A DNA stretch of 64,000 nucleotides from positions 8,718-72,717 of the forward strand of contig SVTQ01000006.1 of assembly GCA_015063695.1 (NCBI GenBank), given 5' to 3'. Position numbers and translations under genes: made by a program. Numbering within the stretch: the first letter of the stretch is position 1; the number at the start of each line of letters is the position of its first letter. The notes beneath the pieces are model-generated. The model searched no databases and was not told the origin of the DNA. It was given only the letters and a program-made list of their open reading frames with translations. Origin of the DNA: Oscillospiraceae bacterium. GTDB taxonomy: Bacteria > Bacillota > Clostridia > Oscillospirales > CAG-272. Below are positions 28,248 to 37,162 of this stretch, piece by piece.

Positions 28248-29654
28248 TTATTTTACAATTTGTCTTTTTCTTTTGTGTACTATCGCAGTTGCTCCGAGGA
28301 CAGAAGCAGCAAGGAGAATAACAAAGAGTGTTATGCTGTCTCCCGTCTGATAATTCTTGTTTTCTGTTTTGTTTTCTGTCTGATACGAAGCTTCGTTTTT
28401 GTCTGGTTTCAGCTCTTCTTTTTCAACTGCATTTTCAGTCGATTCTTCTTTTATTGTTGGAACGCCGGGAGCCGCGCCGTAAGAAAGATCTATGTCAACG
28501 AAAGAGTCGCTCTGGCCATAGTTTCCAGGAGGGGGTGATGCTGGAGGGGGGGATACGGGAGGCGGTGATAAGGGTGCACCGTTTTCGCTTTCGTTCAGCT
28601 TAGGAATATCGCGAAATTCTTCGTAATTACACTTTATACAATAAGTTCTTTCCTTTCCGTTGTCGGAATATGTGGGTTCAAGGACAGTCTCTTTTTTGAG
28701 CTCGTGACCTTCGGCGGGAATACCGTCTTCCTTGATTCTCGAAAAATCGCATCTTGAACATTTCGTGATCGAGTCGCCGTCTTCCGTGCAGGTAGGCTCT
28801 TTATAGACTTCTGTTTTGAATTTATGTCCGAGAGCGGATATTTTGTTTCCTGTGGATACTTCGCCGCAAACCTTACAGGTGTACGTGGTGAATCCGGAGG
28901 CGGTGCACGTAGGTTCTGTTACAACTTCCTCATTGTCGTGTCCGAGGGCGGGAACTATTTCTCTCTTGTATGTTTTGTCACAAACGGAGCAGTAATACTG
29001 TGTGTAGCCTTCATTTACGCAGTCAGGGGAAATAAGGTCTCTCTTTTCAAGTTCATGGAAGCATCCGACAACAGTAAGTTTGCCTTGGATAATTTCAAAG
29101 GGGACGTCTTCAAAGTCTATGTTGCAAAGGTTGCTTTTTTTCATGTAGAAAGCAATGTCATAAACACCTTCAGACAAAGCAGAAGTATTAAGGCTGAAGG
29201 AGACGACAATTCCGTTGTTTGTGTTATTTTCCGTAGTGCTGCTGTTTTCAGCATATACTGTAGTCGCCAGCATGCCTTTCGTGGAGGCATCCCATTCTTT
29301 GAATGCCGATGAAACGACAGAGCTGTTTGAAGCTGGTTTGTCGCGTTGACCGGGATCGTCCAAAGGATTTCCAAGCGCAAATTCGCTTTCGGTGAAGACT
29401 GTTCCGAAATCAAATGCCGCAAGAGACATATCATCATCGTATGCGATGAAGGCCACAATTGCATAGATGCCCGGATTGTTTTCAATGGAAAGGGTGAAGT
29501 CCGCCTTTTCCGCACCTTCGAAGACGGTAGCATCGGAAACCCTAAAGATCATTATGTCCGACGGGGAAGCATCTGCGGCAAAAACCGTTGTGGTGAAGAT
29601 CATACTTGTGAGTATGACCGCTGCAAGGATCAGTACCAAAGTTTTGCTTTTCAT
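28248..29654 (-). CDS. cell-surface cohesin-like protein with four Cys/His repeats, Pro-rich linker and C-terminal sorting-signal-like anchor
   Basis: Signal peptide, then a cohesin-like module (TLSIENNPGIYAIVAFIAYDDD...GVYDIAFYM). Four roughly 38-aa repeats end in ALGH. SPPPVSPPPASPPP linker. The tail is NYQTGD + hydrophobic helix + HKRKRQ. Confidence 0.65.
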   Translation of the reverse strand: MKSKTLVLILAAVILTSMIFTTTVFAADASPSDIMIFRVSDATVFEGAEKADFTLSIENNPGIYAIVAFIAYDDDMSLAAFDFGTVFTESEFALGNPLDDPGQRDKPASNSSVVSSAFKEWDASTKGMLATTVYAENSSTTENNTNNGIVVSFSLNTSALSEGVYDIAFYMKKSNLCNIDFEDVPFEIIQGKLTVVGCFHELEKRDLISPDCVNEGYTQYYCSVCDKTYKREIVPALGHDNEEVVTEPTCTASGFTTYTCKVCGEVSTGNKISALGHKFKTEVYKEPTCTEDGDSITKCSRCDFSRIKEDGIPAEGHELKKETVLEPTYSDNGKERTYCIKCNYEEFRDIPKLNESENGAPLSPPPVSPPPASPPPGNYGQSDSFVDIDLSYGAAPGVPTIKEESTENAVEKEELKPDKNEASYQTENKTENKNYQTGDSITLFVILLAASVLGATAIVHKRKRQIVK

Positions 29655-29880
29655 ATCTGTCTCTCCTTATTATGATAAAATTAGTATTGCTTTTGGATAA
29701 TTGGAGCGTGTCGATTAGATTTGAGATTTGGCAATGGTTTTCTTCATTTATATTCTATCACAATAAAACAAAAATTTCAATCAATCCGGCCAAAATTTGT
29801 GCAATACCTCAAATGATTTTCGAAATTAATGTTTTTCTTCCGTTTGAGTGTGCGCGAGCATATTTTCTTTCGGTGGCGGC

Positions 29881-29896
29881 ATACTATATTTTGTGT
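29881..29896. promoter_or_regulatory. NrdR-box-like site (distal)
   Basis: ATACTATATTTTGTGT matches 14 of 16 positions of the published NrdR box consensus acaCwAtATaTwGtgt, as I recall it. It abuts a TTGTCA-17-TAAATA promoter-like site at 29897-29925. Confidence 0.4.
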
Positions 29897-30102
29897 TTGT
29901 CAAAAATAATCCTTTTATGTAAATATACATTTTTTATTTAGTCAAAAGAGCTTGCTGCGAATATAGTTTGTGCTTAAAAATTGTTTGGAAAACCCTTCAA
30001 ACCATTGATTTCAAAGGAGTTTCGAGGAAGTTTTGAGTATGCTTTCAAAGGGAATTTAATGAAAAAACATGCATCAAGATATAGGAAGGTTCAAAAAATA
30101 AT

Positions 30103-30118
30103 CACCTATATGTTGTGG
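30103..30118. promoter_or_regulatory. NrdR-box-like site (upstream of proximal -35)
   Basis: CACCTATATGTTGTGG matches about 11 of 16 positions of the consensus. Confidence 0.3.
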
Positions 30119-30136
30119 TTTTTGTTAAATTCCCCC

Positions 30137-30165
30137 TTGACAGAACGGAAAGTGCATGATATAAT
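30137..30165 (+). promoter_or_regulatory. consensus sigma-A promoter of nrdD
   Basis: TTGACA (30137-42), a 17-nt spacer, then TATAAT (30160-65). The leader is about 140 nt. Confidence 0.65.
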
Positions 30166-30284
30166 CAGTGTACACTCCGCAAATGCGCGGCAAAATACCG
30201 GCGGTGTTTTCGAGGTATTTTCGGAAAAGTATCAAAAAGCTTATTTTAAAAGCGGAAAACGCCCATTCGGACAGAAAAGCAAAA

Positions 30285-30300
30285 ACACAATATATAGATA
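30285..30300. promoter_or_regulatory. NrdR-box-like site next to the nrdD SD
   Basis: ACACAATATATAGATA matches 13 of 16 positions of the consensus. It ends 1 nt before GGGAGA, the SD. Confidence 0.4.
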
Positions 30301-30312
30301 GGGAGAAAAATT

Positions 30313-32694
30313 ATGTACCAGGTAAAAAAGAGAGACGGTCAGGTAGTAGAATTTGACCTCAAAAAGATATCCGATGCAATAACCCTTGCTTTCGATGCTC
30401 AGGAAAAGCAGGTTCATCCCCAGATCATTGATTTTCTTGCCCTCAAGGTAACAGCTGACTTTGAAGCAAAGATCAAGGAAGGCCTCATCGCAGTTGAAGA
30501 TATTCAGGACAGCGTTGAAGCCGTTCTCGTTCAGGCAGGCTATGCCGACGTTGCAAAAGCTTACATTCTTTACAGAAGACAGAGAGAAAAGCTCCGTAAC
30601 GTTAAGTCCACCATCGTTGACTACAAGGAGATCGTTGATAATTATGTAAAGATCAACGACTGGAGAGTTAAGGAAAACTCCACGGTTACATATTCCGTAG
30701 GCGGTCTTATCCTTTCCAACTCCGGTGCTATCACAGCTAACTACTGGCTTTCCGAAATTTATGATGATGAAATTTCCAATGCCCACAGAAATGCTGACAT
30801 CCACCTTCACGACCTTTCCATGCTCACAGGCTACTGTGCAGGTTGGTCCCTCAAGCAGCTTATCACAGAAGGCCTCGGCGGCGTAACAGGTAAGATCACA
30901 TCTGCTCCCGCAAAGCATCTCGCGACCCTCTGCAACCAGATGGTAAACTTCCTCGGTATCATGCAGAATGAATGGGCAGGAGCTCAGGCGTTCTCCTCCT
31001 TCGACACATACCTCGCTCCCTTCGTTAAGTACGACAACCTTGACTACGAGCAGGTTAAGAAGTGCATCGAGTCCTTCGTATACGGTGTAAACACACCCTC
31101 CAGATGGGGTACACAGGCTCCCTTCTCCAACATCACTCTTGACTGGACGGTTCCTGCTGACCTTGCAGATGCTCCTGCAATCATCGGCGGCAAGGAAATG
31201 GACTTCACATACGGTGACTGTAAGAAGGAAATGGATATGGTAAACAAGGCGTTTATCGAGATCATGATCGAGGGTGACGCCAACGGCCGCGGCTTCCAGT
31301 ATCCTATTCCCACATATTCCATCACACGCGACTTTGACTGGTCCGAAACAGAGAACAACAAGCTTCTCTTCGAAATGACCTCCAAGTACGGCACACCTTA
31401 CTTCTCCAACTACGTGAACTCCGACATGGAGCCCAGCGATGTTCGTTCCATGTGCTGCAGACTCCGTCTTGACCTTCGTGAGCTCAGAAAGAAGTCCGGC
31501 GGCTTCTTCGGTTCCGGTGAGTCCACAGGTTCCGTTGGCGTTGTAACCATCAACATGCCCAGAATTGCATACCTTGCAGAGGACGAAAAGGACTTCTATG
31601 AACGTCTTGACAGACTTATGGACCTCTCCGCTCGCTCCCTCAAGATAAAGAGAACAGTTATCACAAAGCTTCTTGACGAAGGTCTCTATCCTTATACAAA
31701 GAGATACCTCGGCACATTCAATAACCACTTCTCAACTATCGGTCTTATCGGTATGAATGAAGTAGGTCTCAACGCTAAGTGGCTGCGTGCTGACATGACA
31801 GACAAGGCAACTCAGAAGTTCACACAGGATGTTCTCAATCACATGAGAGAACGCCTTTCCGACTATCAGGAAATGTACGGCGACCTCTACAACCTCGAAG
31901 CAACACCTGCTGAAAGTACAACATACCGTCTTGCAAAGCACGACGTTAAGAGATTCCCCGATATCATCACAGCTTCCGGCGATGAGGGTACACCTTATTA
32001 CACCAATTCCTCTCACCTTCCCGTTGGCTTCACGGAAGATATCTTTGCGGCTCTCGATATCCAGGATGAGCTTCAGACACTCTATACATCCGGTACAGTA
32101 TTCCACGCATTCCTCGGTGAAAAGCTTCCCGACTGGAAGGCAGCTGCAAACCTTGTACGTACCATCGCTGAAAACTACAGACTTCCTTATTACACCATGT
32201 CTCCCACATATTCCGTATGTAAGAACCACGGATATATTGCAGGCGAACAGTACACATGTGATAAGTGCGGTTCCAACACAGAAGTCTACAGCCGTATTAC
32301 AGGTTACTACCGTCCCGTTCAGAACTGGAACGACGGTAAGCTCCAGGAATTCGCTGACAGACGTGAATACAACCTTGCAAACTCCACTCTCACTCACGAA
32401 GGTGTAAAGCCCATCGAAGAAGCAGAAGAAGCATGTGCATGCGCTGAGAACGCAGTTGAAGCTGTTATCCTTTTTGCAACAAAGACTTGTCCCAAGTGCA
32501 AAGTAGCTGCAGCCCTTCTCGAAAAGGCAGGCATCTCCTACGAAAAGCTCTACGTTGAAGATAACGAAGACCTTGCTCGCTTCTATGACCTTAAGCAGGC
32601 TCCCACAGTTGTTGTAATAACAGGCGGTGACGCAGTATCTTACTCAGGTCTCGAAGGCGTAAAAGAATATCTTTCCGTTTCCGTGAGAGACTAA
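30313..32694 (+). CDS. nrdD: anaerobic (class III) ribonucleoside-triphosphate reductase with fused C-terminal glutaredoxin/NrdH-like domain
   Basis: N-terminal ATP-cone (VKKRDGQVVEFDLKKISDAI). Finger-loop-like SMCCRLRLD. Zn-ribbon CKNHGY...CDKCGS. Glycyl-radical motif RITGYYRPVQNWNDGK (Gly codon at 32302-04). About 78 extra residues (nt 32458-32691) carry VILFATKTCPKCK, a CxxC motif. Confidence 0.9.
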   Translation: MYQVKKRDGQVVEFDLKKISDAITLAFDAQEKQVHPQIIDFLALKVTADFEAKIKEGLIAVEDIQDSVEAVLVQAGYADVAKAYILYRRQREKLRNVKSTIVDYKEIVDNYVKINDWRVKENSTVTYSVGGLILSNSGAITANYWLSEIYDDEISNAHRNADIHLHDLSMLTGYCAGWSLKQLITEGLGGVTGKITSAPAKHLATLCNQMVNFLGIMQNEWAGAQAFSSFDTYLAPFVKYDNLDYEQVKKCIESFVYGVNTPSRWGTQAPFSNITLDWTVPADLADAPAIIGGKEMDFTYGDCKKEMDMVNKAFIEIMIEGDANGRGFQYPIPTYSITRDFDWSETENNKLLFEMTSKYGTPYFSNYVNSDMEPSDVRSMCCRLRLDLRELRKKSGGFFGSGESTGSVGVVTINMPRIAYLAEDEKDFYERLDRLMDLSARSLKIKRTVITKLLDEGLYPYTKRYLGTFNNHFSTIGLIGMNEVGLNAKWLRADMTDKATQKFTQDVLNHMRERLSDYQEMYGDLYNLEATPAESTTYRLAKHDVKRFPDIITASGDEGTPYYTNSSHLPVGFTEDIFAALDIQDELQTLYTSGTVFHAFLGEKLPDWKAAANLVRTIAENYRLPYYTMSPTYSVCKNHGYIAGEQYTCDKCGSNTEVYSRITGYYRPVQNWNDGKLQEFADRREYNLANSTLTHEGVKPIEEAEEACACAENAVEAVILFATKTCPKCKVAAALLEKAGISYEKLYVEDNEDLARFYDLKQAPTVVVITGGDAVSYSGLEGVKEYLSVSVRD

Positions 32695-32726
32695 TTACAC
32701 ATATACCGCAGAAATGTGCTTTCTTT

Positions 32727-32768
32727 CCCCGAGGCCTCCCGAGAGGGAAGTCTCGGGGAGCTCTTTTG
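32727..32768 (+). terminator. terminator-like hairpin after nrdD
   Basis: CCCCGAG...CTCGGGG stem enclosing a second small stem, then CTCTTTTG. A TTGAGC-16-TATAAT promoter-like site for trxB overlaps at 32766-32793. Confidence 0.5.
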
Positions 32769-32873
32769 AGCGGCCGATGTAATTCACTATAATTTTATAG
32801 TTCGCTCCGCCATCGTTTTTTGGTGAAAAGTATTTTTGTTTTTGTATATTTCTTTATCAATAAGGAGAAAAAC

Positions 32874-33773
32874 ATGTTCTATGATATTATTGTTGTAGGC
32901 GCAGGTCCTGCAGGACTTACAGCCGCTCTTTACGCTCTTCGCGCCGATAAAAAAGTGCTTGTGATCGAAAAAAGCACTCCCGGCGGTCAGATAACTTATT
33001 CCCCCAAGGTTGAAAACTATCCCGGTTTTATGGAAATGAGCGGCAACGAATTTGCCGATCTTCTTCTTGACCAGATAATGGCGCAGGGAGCTGACTTTGA
33101 GCTTGGAAAGGTAATCGAAATCAAGAACGGTGACGTTAAGACAGTCGTTACCGAGGACGGAGAATTCACCGCAAAGGCAGTTATCATCGCAACAGGTGTA
33201 AAGCACAGAATGCTTGGCCTCGAGGGCGAAAACGAGCTTGTGGGCCGCGGTATTTCCTTCTGCGCAGTTTGCGACGGCGCTTTCTACAAGGACAAGACCG
33301 TTGCTGTTATCGGCGGCGGAAACTCCGCTCTTCAGGAGGCGATACTCCTTTCCGACACCGCGAAAAAGGTCTACGTAGTTCAGAACCTTGAAAAGCTGAC
33401 GGGTGAAGCAAAGCTTCAGTCAATTATTGAAAAGAAAGAAAACATTGAGGTTATCCTCGGAACAGTTGTAAATTCCCTTGAAACAGAAAATGGTGAGCTT
33501 GTTGCTATTGAACTTCTCGGCGGCGGAAAACGTTCACGCCTTGAAACAGACGGAATGTTCATTGCGATCGGTCTTATCCCCGAAAACAAGCCCTTTGAGT
33601 CTCTTGCAAAGCTCAACGACTATGGTTATTTTGACTCCGACGAGTCCTGCACCACCGCAACGGAAGGTATATTCGTTGCAGGTGACTGCCGCTCAAAGCG
33701 TATCCGTCAGATAACAACTGCAACGGCTGACGGCGCAGTTGCCGCCCTCGCCGCTTGCGAATGGCTTGATTAG
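32874..33773 (+). CDS. trxB: thioredoxin-disulfide reductase
   Basis: ATG 32874 after AAGGAG. FAD site VVGAGPAGLTAA, redox CAVCDG, NADPH site GGGNSALQEA. Confidence 0.9.
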   Translation: MFYDIIVVGAGPAGLTAALYALRADKKVLVIEKSTPGGQITYSPKVENYPGFMEMSGNEFADLLLDQIMAQGADFELGKVIEIKNGDVKTVVTEDGEFTAKAVIIATGVKHRMLGLEGENELVGRGISFCAVCDGAFYKDKTVAVIGGGNSALQEAILLSDTAKKVYVVQNLEKLTGEAKLQSIIEKKENIEVILGTVVNSLETENGELVAIELLGGGKRSRLETDGMFIAIGLIPENKPFESLAKLNDYGYFDSDESCTTATEGIFVAGDCRSKRIRQITTATADGAVAALAACEWLD

Positions 33774-33795
33774 TTAGATTTGCGTTAGGATCTGC

Positions 33796-33836
33796 GGGGG
33801 AACTTTGGAAAGTTCCCCCACACCTCTTCAAACTTT
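33796..33836. repeat. REP-like palindromic element, copy 1 (inverted orientation)
   Basis: GGGGGAACTTTGGAAAGTTCCCCCACACCTCTTCAAACTTTT. Its reverse complement matches the copies at 34098 and 60287. Confidence 0.75.
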
Positions 33837-33955
33837 TGAACGGGGCGTAGATTATGAAAACCAGTTTGTACGTTGCAAGGCGAAAACTCAATACTTGCTT
33901 GAAAAGAAACTGAAATATTTTTTTAGGTTTCAATGTGTTTCTTCCAAATTAAAAA

Positions 33956-33999
33956 GGCACTGTGTCGGCAGAGAGATCTGTCGGCGCAGTGTCTTTTTT
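33956..33999 (+). terminator. strong terminator downstream of trxB
   Basis: A 16-bp stem GGCACTGTGTCGGCAG / CTGTCGGCGCAGTGTC (with G-U pairs) followed by TTTTTT. Confidence 0.7.
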
Positions 34000-34097
34000 G
34001 TGTATAAAAAATAGGCTCATACGGTACAACAAAGTTTTGTTATACGAGCGGGGAGCCGTAAAGTTAACTTAATAAAAACGGTAAATAGACTTTTTTT

Positions 34098-34144
34098 AAA
34101 AAGTCTTTGAGGGGTGTGGGGAACTTTCTTCAGAAAGTCCCCCA
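34098..34144. repeat. REP-like palindromic element, copy 2
   Basis: AAAAAGTCTTTGAGGGGTGTGGGGAACTTTCTTCAGAAAGTCCCCCAC. Confidence 0.75.
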
Positions 34145-34153
34145 CGGTTTTAC

Positions 34154-37039
34154 TTAAAGAACTATTCTTACCTCGTGAGCGGTTCCGTCAGCGGGGTCGG
34201 GGATGATGTGTCCGCATTCAGCGCCGTCAAAATAGTACTTTGTTGTGTCACCAACGCGGCAGAAGCCTTCGGGCTTTGTAACGCTTACGTTGAAGGTCGT
34301 ACCGTTTCTCTTGATGCGGAACTTGATGTCCGTCATGCTTTCAGGAAGAATGGGACTGAATGTGAGGCCGCCGTCTGCGTAGCCGATTCCGAGGAATTCA
34401 AATACGGAGAGGGAGAGCCAGCTTGCAGTACCGGAGAGCATGGGGCCGATGCCTTCGAGAGTTTCGCTGTTGTTGTACTGAGTACAGAAACGGGGATTGC
34501 CCTTGAAGATGTAGGGATTATCCATAGTCTTGAAGGGGAACACACGGTCGAGCATCCAGAAAGCGAGGGAAGCCAGCTCGGAAGCAAGCTTTTCGTCCTT
34601 TACCTTTTTGGCAGCCTTAAACATAGCCGCCGTGGACATCATGGTTGCGTGCTTGAACACAGCGCCGTTTTCACGGTCGCCGTGGAAGTAGTGGTCGGAT
34701 GCGGTTGTAGAGGATATCTTGCCGAGATCACAGGGAGAAGAGAGCATAAGACCTGCTTCCGTCTTAACGTGAGCCTTGAGGGGGATCATCATAGCGGCGA
34801 TCTGTTCCTCCGTTGCACTGTCAGCAAGGATAGACCAGCTGAAGGAGTTGAGGAAGTATGTGCCGTCTGCATTTTCGTCAAGGGAGAGACCGTCGCCCTT
34901 GGCACCTACGTATGTATAAGGTATTGCAGGGTTGTTGATGAGACAACGTGCGAAGAAATCTTCCTTCCAAGCGTGAGCCTGGATGTTTGCCTGAAGTTTT
35001 TCGGACATTTCGCGGAGAGCCTTTGCCGCTTCGTGCTTGCCTGCCATGTCAGCCATTTCGGCAAGATTATCTTCAGCAACTTTGAGAAGGAATGCGTTCA
35101 TTACGGATTCGCAGAAGTGGTTTTCGAAGGGTACGCCCCATTCCTGTCCCTTTTCTTCAAGCTGCTTTTTGTAGAGCTCGAACTTTTCGGGAGCGCTGAT
35201 GCTGTCCTCGTCAAGCTTGAGACAGTCGTTCCAGTCTGCGTGGTCGAGAACGGGAAGTCCGTGCTTACCAACGGAGATCTTTGCGCTGTATTCGATAGCC
35301 GCCATCATCGTTTCAAAAACAGTACGTGTCTTGTCGCTGCCTGCGATGGGGTATTCTTCGTCAAGGAAAGCGATATCGCCTGTGTGGCAAACGTATCTGT
35401 AAACTGCCTGCATGAGCCAGAGCTGGTCGTCGGAGCAGTCGCCTGCGCCGTTACCCCACCAATAGAAGTTGTGGTTTGCAAAGCCGTATTCGTAAACGTT
35501 CTTTACCCATTCGCTTATCATGGTCTTTGCAAGATCAGCATTGCCCATAGCGGACAGATAGTAGAGAGAGGGATACATGTCCTGGATCTCACGGAAGCCT
35601 ATCTGTCTGAAGGACTTCTGTGTCCATGCGAAGGAACGTGAAAGGAAGGACTGATAGAATACCTGGAAGGGGAGGTTGTTGTTTACGTATGCGTTGAGGT
35701 CGCCATCAGCAGTTTCGATCTGAAGGTAAGAAGAGTAGTCCTTGTAGAACTTTTTAACGTCTTCAAGAGCCGCTTCTGTTGCTGCGTGATCGGAGAACTT
35801 GTCGAAGAGAACCTTAACGTTTCCGTCAAGCTTGCCCTCGGAGTCTTCTCCGTCGTGGGTGTAGCCTGCGAAGCTGTCAACTACTGCGCTCTCGCCTGCT
35901 TCGATATGAAGTGTCTTTGCCATAGCGAAGAAGGGAGCGGATTTTCTCTGAGGATGTGAAGAAAGTCTTGCAACGTTCTGAGGCTTTTCGAGGGTGCCGT
36001 TGCCTATGAATTCGGAGTAGCTTACGCAGTATTCGTCCATGGGCTCGCCGCCTGCGATAACAGCGGCAAATCTTCTGTGGCGTCTGCCGTATGCGGGGTG
36101 CATGGAGGGAGAAACTGCAAGAACGCGGTCTCCGTCGCGAACTGCGGAGGACTCGTGGATAACGTTTACGTAAACGATGTCGTTTGCGAGAGCCTGAGCA
36201 TCCATGATGCCGAACATACCGGTGAGAACTATTCTGATGTCACGCGCTCTGTCCGTGAGGTTTTCGATCTTTACTGTCTGAGCTTCAACAGCATCAGCCA
36301 TGCCCTCGTACTGGGGAAGGATGAAGATGGTGCGTGTTATCTTAAGACCGCACTCTGTTTCGTATTCGATAACGGAGTGGTTGGGCTTGTGCGTACAAAC
36401 AGCGCTCTTAACGTTTGTCTTTACGTCAGCAGAATAGAATATCTGTTCGTTGTTTTCTGTGATGTAGAACTGACGGTTTACGGGTTCGCCCGCTTCGTCT
36501 GCGTTCATAACTGTTCTGGAGGCGAGGACCTGAGTGTCAGCGCCCGCTCTGAAAGCACCTCTGCCGAAAGCGTCAAGGGCAGCCTTGGGAGTTGTGAGCA
36601 TGGGAGTTTCAAAGCCTATTCTGCAGCCGAGAAGAAGGTTAACGGCAAAGTGTGTGCCGACAACGTCGCCCTTAAGGTCGATAATATGTTCGCCCTTTTC
36701 GTTGAGTGTGCCCACGCCGTTTACTGCGGCATTTACCGCTGCTTTGATAACGGCATCAACGTCTGCGGGAACAGCTATGCCGCCCTCACAAACGGTTTCT
36801 CCGTAAACGAAGTGTACGTCGCTGTTTTTGCTGTCAACATAGTCAAGGAAAGTCTTGTTACCCATGAGTGCATGGCAGATGGGAACGTAGATGGGAAGGC
36901 TCGAAATGCCTACAACGCGGCTTCTGTCCGCAAGAAGATACTCTGCGTCAACGTTTCCCTTTGTATCAGGGAAAAGCTCGCAAAGTCTTTCGGTGGCGGA
37001 GACATATGCGTCTCTGGATTTTTCATTCTGGAAATACAT
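34154..37039 (-). CDS. cdp: GH94 glycoside phosphorylase, cellodextrin-phosphorylase-like
   Basis: 961 aa. Long stretches match my recollection of Clostridium thermocellum cellodextrin phosphorylase: NRQFY...IFYSA, ITRTIFILP, FYWWG, HGLPVLDHADWNDCLKLD, GDRENGAVFKHATMM, AGNPR-like FKGNPRFCTQY and SGTASWL. Confidence 0.8.
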   Translation of the reverse strand: MYFQNEKSRDAYVSATERLCELFPDTKGNVDAEYLLADRSRVVGISSLPIYVPICHALMGNKTFLDYVDSKNSDVHFVYGETVCEGGIAVPADVDAVIKAAVNAAVNGVGTLNEKGEHIIDLKGDVVGTHFAVNLLLGCRIGFETPMLTTPKAALDAFGRGAFRAGADTQVLASRTVMNADEAGEPVNRQFYITENNEQIFYSADVKTNVKSAVCTHKPNHSVIEYETECGLKITRTIFILPQYEGMADAVEAQTVKIENLTDRARDIRIVLTGMFGIMDAQALANDIVYVNVIHESSAVRDGDRVLAVSPSMHPAYGRRHRRFAAVIAGGEPMDEYCVSYSEFIGNGTLEKPQNVARLSSHPQRKSAPFFAMAKTLHIEAGESAVVDSFAGYTHDGEDSEGKLDGNVKVLFDKFSDHAATEAALEDVKKFYKDYSSYLQIETADGDLNAYVNNNLPFQVFYQSFLSRSFAWTQKSFRQIGFREIQDMYPSLYYLSAMGNADLAKTMISEWVKNVYEYGFANHNFYWWGNGAGDCSDDQLWLMQAVYRYVCHTGDIAFLDEEYPIAGSDKTRTVFETMMAAIEYSAKISVGKHGLPVLDHADWNDCLKLDEDSISAPEKFELYKKQLEEKGQEWGVPFENHFCESVMNAFLLKVAEDNLAEMADMAGKHEAAKALREMSEKLQANIQAHAWKEDFFARCLINNPAIPYTYVGAKGDGLSLDENADGTYFLNSFSWSILADSATEEQIAAMMIPLKAHVKTEAGLMLSSPCDLGKISSTTASDHYFHGDRENGAVFKHATMMSTAAMFKAAKKVKDEKLASELASLAFWMLDRVFPFKTMDNPYIFKGNPRFCTQYNNSETLEGIGPMLSGTASWLSLSVFEFLGIGYADGGLTFSPILPESMTDIKFRIKRNGTTFNVSVTKPEGFCRVGDTTKYYFDGAECGHIIPDPADGTAHEVRIVL

Positions 37040-37162
37040 AGCAGTAATCCTTTCGCTGTTATATATTTAATTTTTAATAAACAAAGCTATCTTTTAAAGT
37101 ATAACACACGGAAACGGAAAGTACAATAGAAACAGAGGAGAAAAGAAAAAATATCTCATGTT

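Noticed and set aside
29672-30301. 89-aa and 106-aa plus-strand ORFs upstream of nrdD
   Set aside because: The region is AT-rich and intergenic. The ORFs overlap the mapped promoter and NrdR-like boxes. No SD is present and the composition is not protein-like.
30241-31728. 495-aa minus-strand ORF
   Set aside because: It is antisense to nrdD, which is unambiguous, and it has no features of a real protein.
34175-37129. 488-aa and 350-aa plus-strand ORFs
   Set aside because: Both are antisense to the GH94 cellodextrin-phosphorylase-like gene and show the same shadow-ORF composition.
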